A program made the translations under genes and the position numbers. A stretch of 58,334 nt of DNA, taken from NCBI GenBank assembly GCA_038874655.1, contig JAVZBY010000005.1, positions 6,430 through 64,763 on the forward strand. Direction: 5' to 3'. A model generated the notes under the pieces. It did not search any database. It was not told where the DNA came from and saw nothing but the letters and a program-made list of their open reading frames with translations. This document shows, one piece after another, positions 56,587 to 58,334 of the stretch; the stretch's first letter is position 1; each line of letters begins with the position of its first letter. The stretch is from Candidatus Woesearchaeota archaeon (lineage in GTDB: Archaea > Nanobdellota > Nanobdellia > Woesearchaeales > GW2011-AR15).

Positions 56587-58334
56587 TTAATTCCTTAATT
56601 GGACTTCTCTATATATAACTCTCTTATAATCTCCTGAAGTAATTGTAACTCTTAAATATTCATATCTATTAGCATTTTCATCTATGTTAAATTTGAATAA
56701 CTTTGTTATTTTTTGCTCTGGCTCTAGTAAATAAATAAATTTTTGTTGATTTTGTTGTAAATTTGGAAGTGTTGCTTTTATGTCAATATTTTTTAGATTT
56801 TTATCTGCCATGTTTGTTATTGAAACCATTACATTTAATTCATTATCATAAATTTCATCAGTTATCACATTAACATAAAAAATTTCTCTAGGGGTGCTTG
56901 CAACTCTATCTTCTGTATTTGGATTACAATCATCATCAATGCCATTGTTTAATATTTCCTTCATTCCTGGGTTTATTTTTGGATTCCAATCATTACAATC
57001 TATATCTGCTGTATAACCATCATTATCTCTATCATTATCACATTCATCACCTAATCCATCATTATCTGTATCAATTTGATTTGGATTATAAGTATATACA
57101 CAATTATCTTTGTCATCACATATACCATCTTTGTCAGCATCTATACATGTATCACATCTATCATCTATTTTATCATTATCTTTATCTATAGTTGGTAAAA
57201 CTAGATATTTACATTGACCAGAACCGCAATAATATTGCCTATATTCTTTTCCTGTTCTTAGGCAATCTGTTTTCTTACAATTGCCAAAATCATCTGGGCA
57301 ATATACACACTGAGTATAATTAAAATCATAACAACCACTTAAAGTTGAGCAATCAAATTGTTCAAATGAATGATCATTGCCTTTACAATAAACTTGATTT
57401 AAAAGATTATCATTAATACATACATCATAAATTCTACCTGGATCAAAATTACAATATGAATTTCCTTCTGTGCAACTTTCAAGGTCATCAACATATTCTT
57501 GTATGAATATATCTTTTTTAGTATTTGAGATACAACTATCTTCGCCGCAATTTTCTTTTAATTTTATTTTTGTTTCTGTTGATGCATAACATTTACCATT
57601 AGTTAAATCACAACCTTTTAGATTACATCTTTCTATTTCAAAAATATTGTCTTGTCTACATTCATTTGTTTTAGTGCAAAAGGATTTACCACAATTCTCA
57701 CTTGAAACTATAATCTTAGTTGTTTTTGAATCACAATAATCATTATTTCCAAATACACCTTTACAAAAACCTTCTTCTAAAAATTTATATGCAACAGAGA
57801 CATCATTTTTACACTCGTAGTTTAAAGGTGTTTCTTTTTTATAAGAACAATCTTTTTTTAACCCCCATTCAAAGCAAATATCAGAATCAAAATTACCACA
57901 TTCATAAAGCACATTTCCTATGCATTTTGTTTCTCCTAATTTACATTCATCTGTACATATTGTTTTATATTCACAACCACAATTTGTATTACATATATCT
58001 TGTGTTTTAGGATTATTATCATTACAATCGCTATCTACAGAACATTGTGCACCGCATGAACCTTTTATACATTTAAAATTAAACTCATCATAAGTACAAC
58101 CACATTGAGAATTACAATTTCCATATGCATCTCTTATTCCTGTTTTTTTTCCTGAACATGTTTGTGTTGTTTGTGGACAATTCTGGTTATTTTGAGAATT
58201 TGGTGTTTCACATTGCTCTTTTCCTGTCCATATAAAAGAATCTCCACATTTTGCTAATTTGCAAGTATTTAAACAACCATCATTATTGTTTGAATTTCCA
58301 TCATCGCATTCTTCTGTTGGTTGATTTACTTTTC
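56587..58334 (-). CDS. Cys-rich surface protein (Myxococcus-type Cys repeat, thrombospondin type-3 repeats, MopE-like motif); 5' end outside window
   Basis: Frame stays open past track start 57912 to window edge (EECDDGNSNNNDGCLNTC); DKDGICDDKDNCVYTYNPNQIDTDNDGLGDECD; DCNDWNPKINPGMKEILNNGIDDDCN. Confidence 0.85.
   Translation of the reverse strand, partial: KVNQPTEECDDGNSNNNDGCLNTCKLAKCGDSFIWTGKEQCETPNSQNNQNCPQTTQTCSGKKTGIRDAYGNCNSQCGCTYDEFNFKCIKGSCGAQCSVDSDCNDNNPKTQDICNTNCGCEYKTICTDECKLGETKCIGNVLYECGNFDSDICFEWGLKKDCSYKKETPLNYECKNDVSVAYKFLEEGFCKGVFGNNDYCDSKTTKIIVSSENCGKSFCTKTNECRQDNIFEIERCNLKGCDLTNGKCYASTETKIKLKENCGEDSCISNTKKDIFIQEYVDDLESCTEGNSYCNFDPGRIYDVCINDNLLNQVYCKGNDHSFEQFDCSTLSGCYDFNYTQCVYCPDDFGNCKKTDCLRTGKEYRQYYCGSGQCKYLVLPTIDKDNDKIDDRCDTCIDADKDGICDDKDNCVYTYNPNQIDTDNDGLGDECDNDRDNDGYTADIDCNDWNPKINPGMKEILNNGIDDDCNPNTEDRVASTPREIFYVNVITDEIYDNELNVMVSITNMADKNLKNIDIKATLPNLQQNQQKFIYLLEPEQKITKLFKFNIDENANRYEYLRVTITSGDYKRVIYREVQLRN

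Noticed and set aside
1-58334. CRISPR array, rRNA, SRP or RNase P RNA, transposase
   Set aside because: No repeat-spacer periodicity seen; the only GC-rich non-coding islands noticed are the two tRNAs and the riboswitch.
1-58334. Alternative genetic code or selenocysteine read-through
   Set aside because: Conserved genes are full length under code 11, TGA ends genes at expected positions, and the redoxins use ordinary Cys codons.

Overview
Very AT-rich chromosomal segment of an archaeon, most likely DPANN (Woesearchaeota/Nanobdellota-like). The archaeal assignment rests on PCNA, TFS, aMBF1, GatE, an ATP-dependent ligase, Sec11-type signal peptidase, AlaX-M and two intron-containing tRNAs; the phylum call is inference. 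Layout: (1) 1-12005, a divergent cluster of nine ORFs with archaeal class III (prepilin-like) N-termini. It includes one fused to a C39-like cysteine peptidase (missed by the ORF track) and a 1236-aa Cys-rich giant, and is interrupted by a P2A-like ATPase whose PEGLP motif reads PNSLP. (2) About 13.4-25.6 kb, an ion/redox stress block: FecR-domain protein, ArsR-ArsP-thioredoxin operon, a clear fluoride riboswitch in front of an operon with no Fluc/CLC-F gene (2-TM microprotein, unknown ORF, MFS, HerA-like ATPase, frameshifted prenyltransferase-repeat gene), MgtA, DUF134 regulator with a perfect palindromic operator, and DpsL. (3) Housekeeping genes, a MacB/FtsX-type ABC operon, gyrA without adjacent gyrB, a stand-alone CARF-like protein, tandem ECF-S-like membrane proteins, tRNA-Thr(CGT) and tRNA-Trp(CCA). 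(4) Large surface proteins (RCC1/PGF-pre-PGF; CARDB/S-layer-like; Cys-rich TSP3/MopE-like, running off the right end). Best candidates for undescribed systems are the effector-bearing pilin-like cluster and the Fluc-less fluoride-riboswitch operon. All product calls come from motif recognition by eye; no searches were run.
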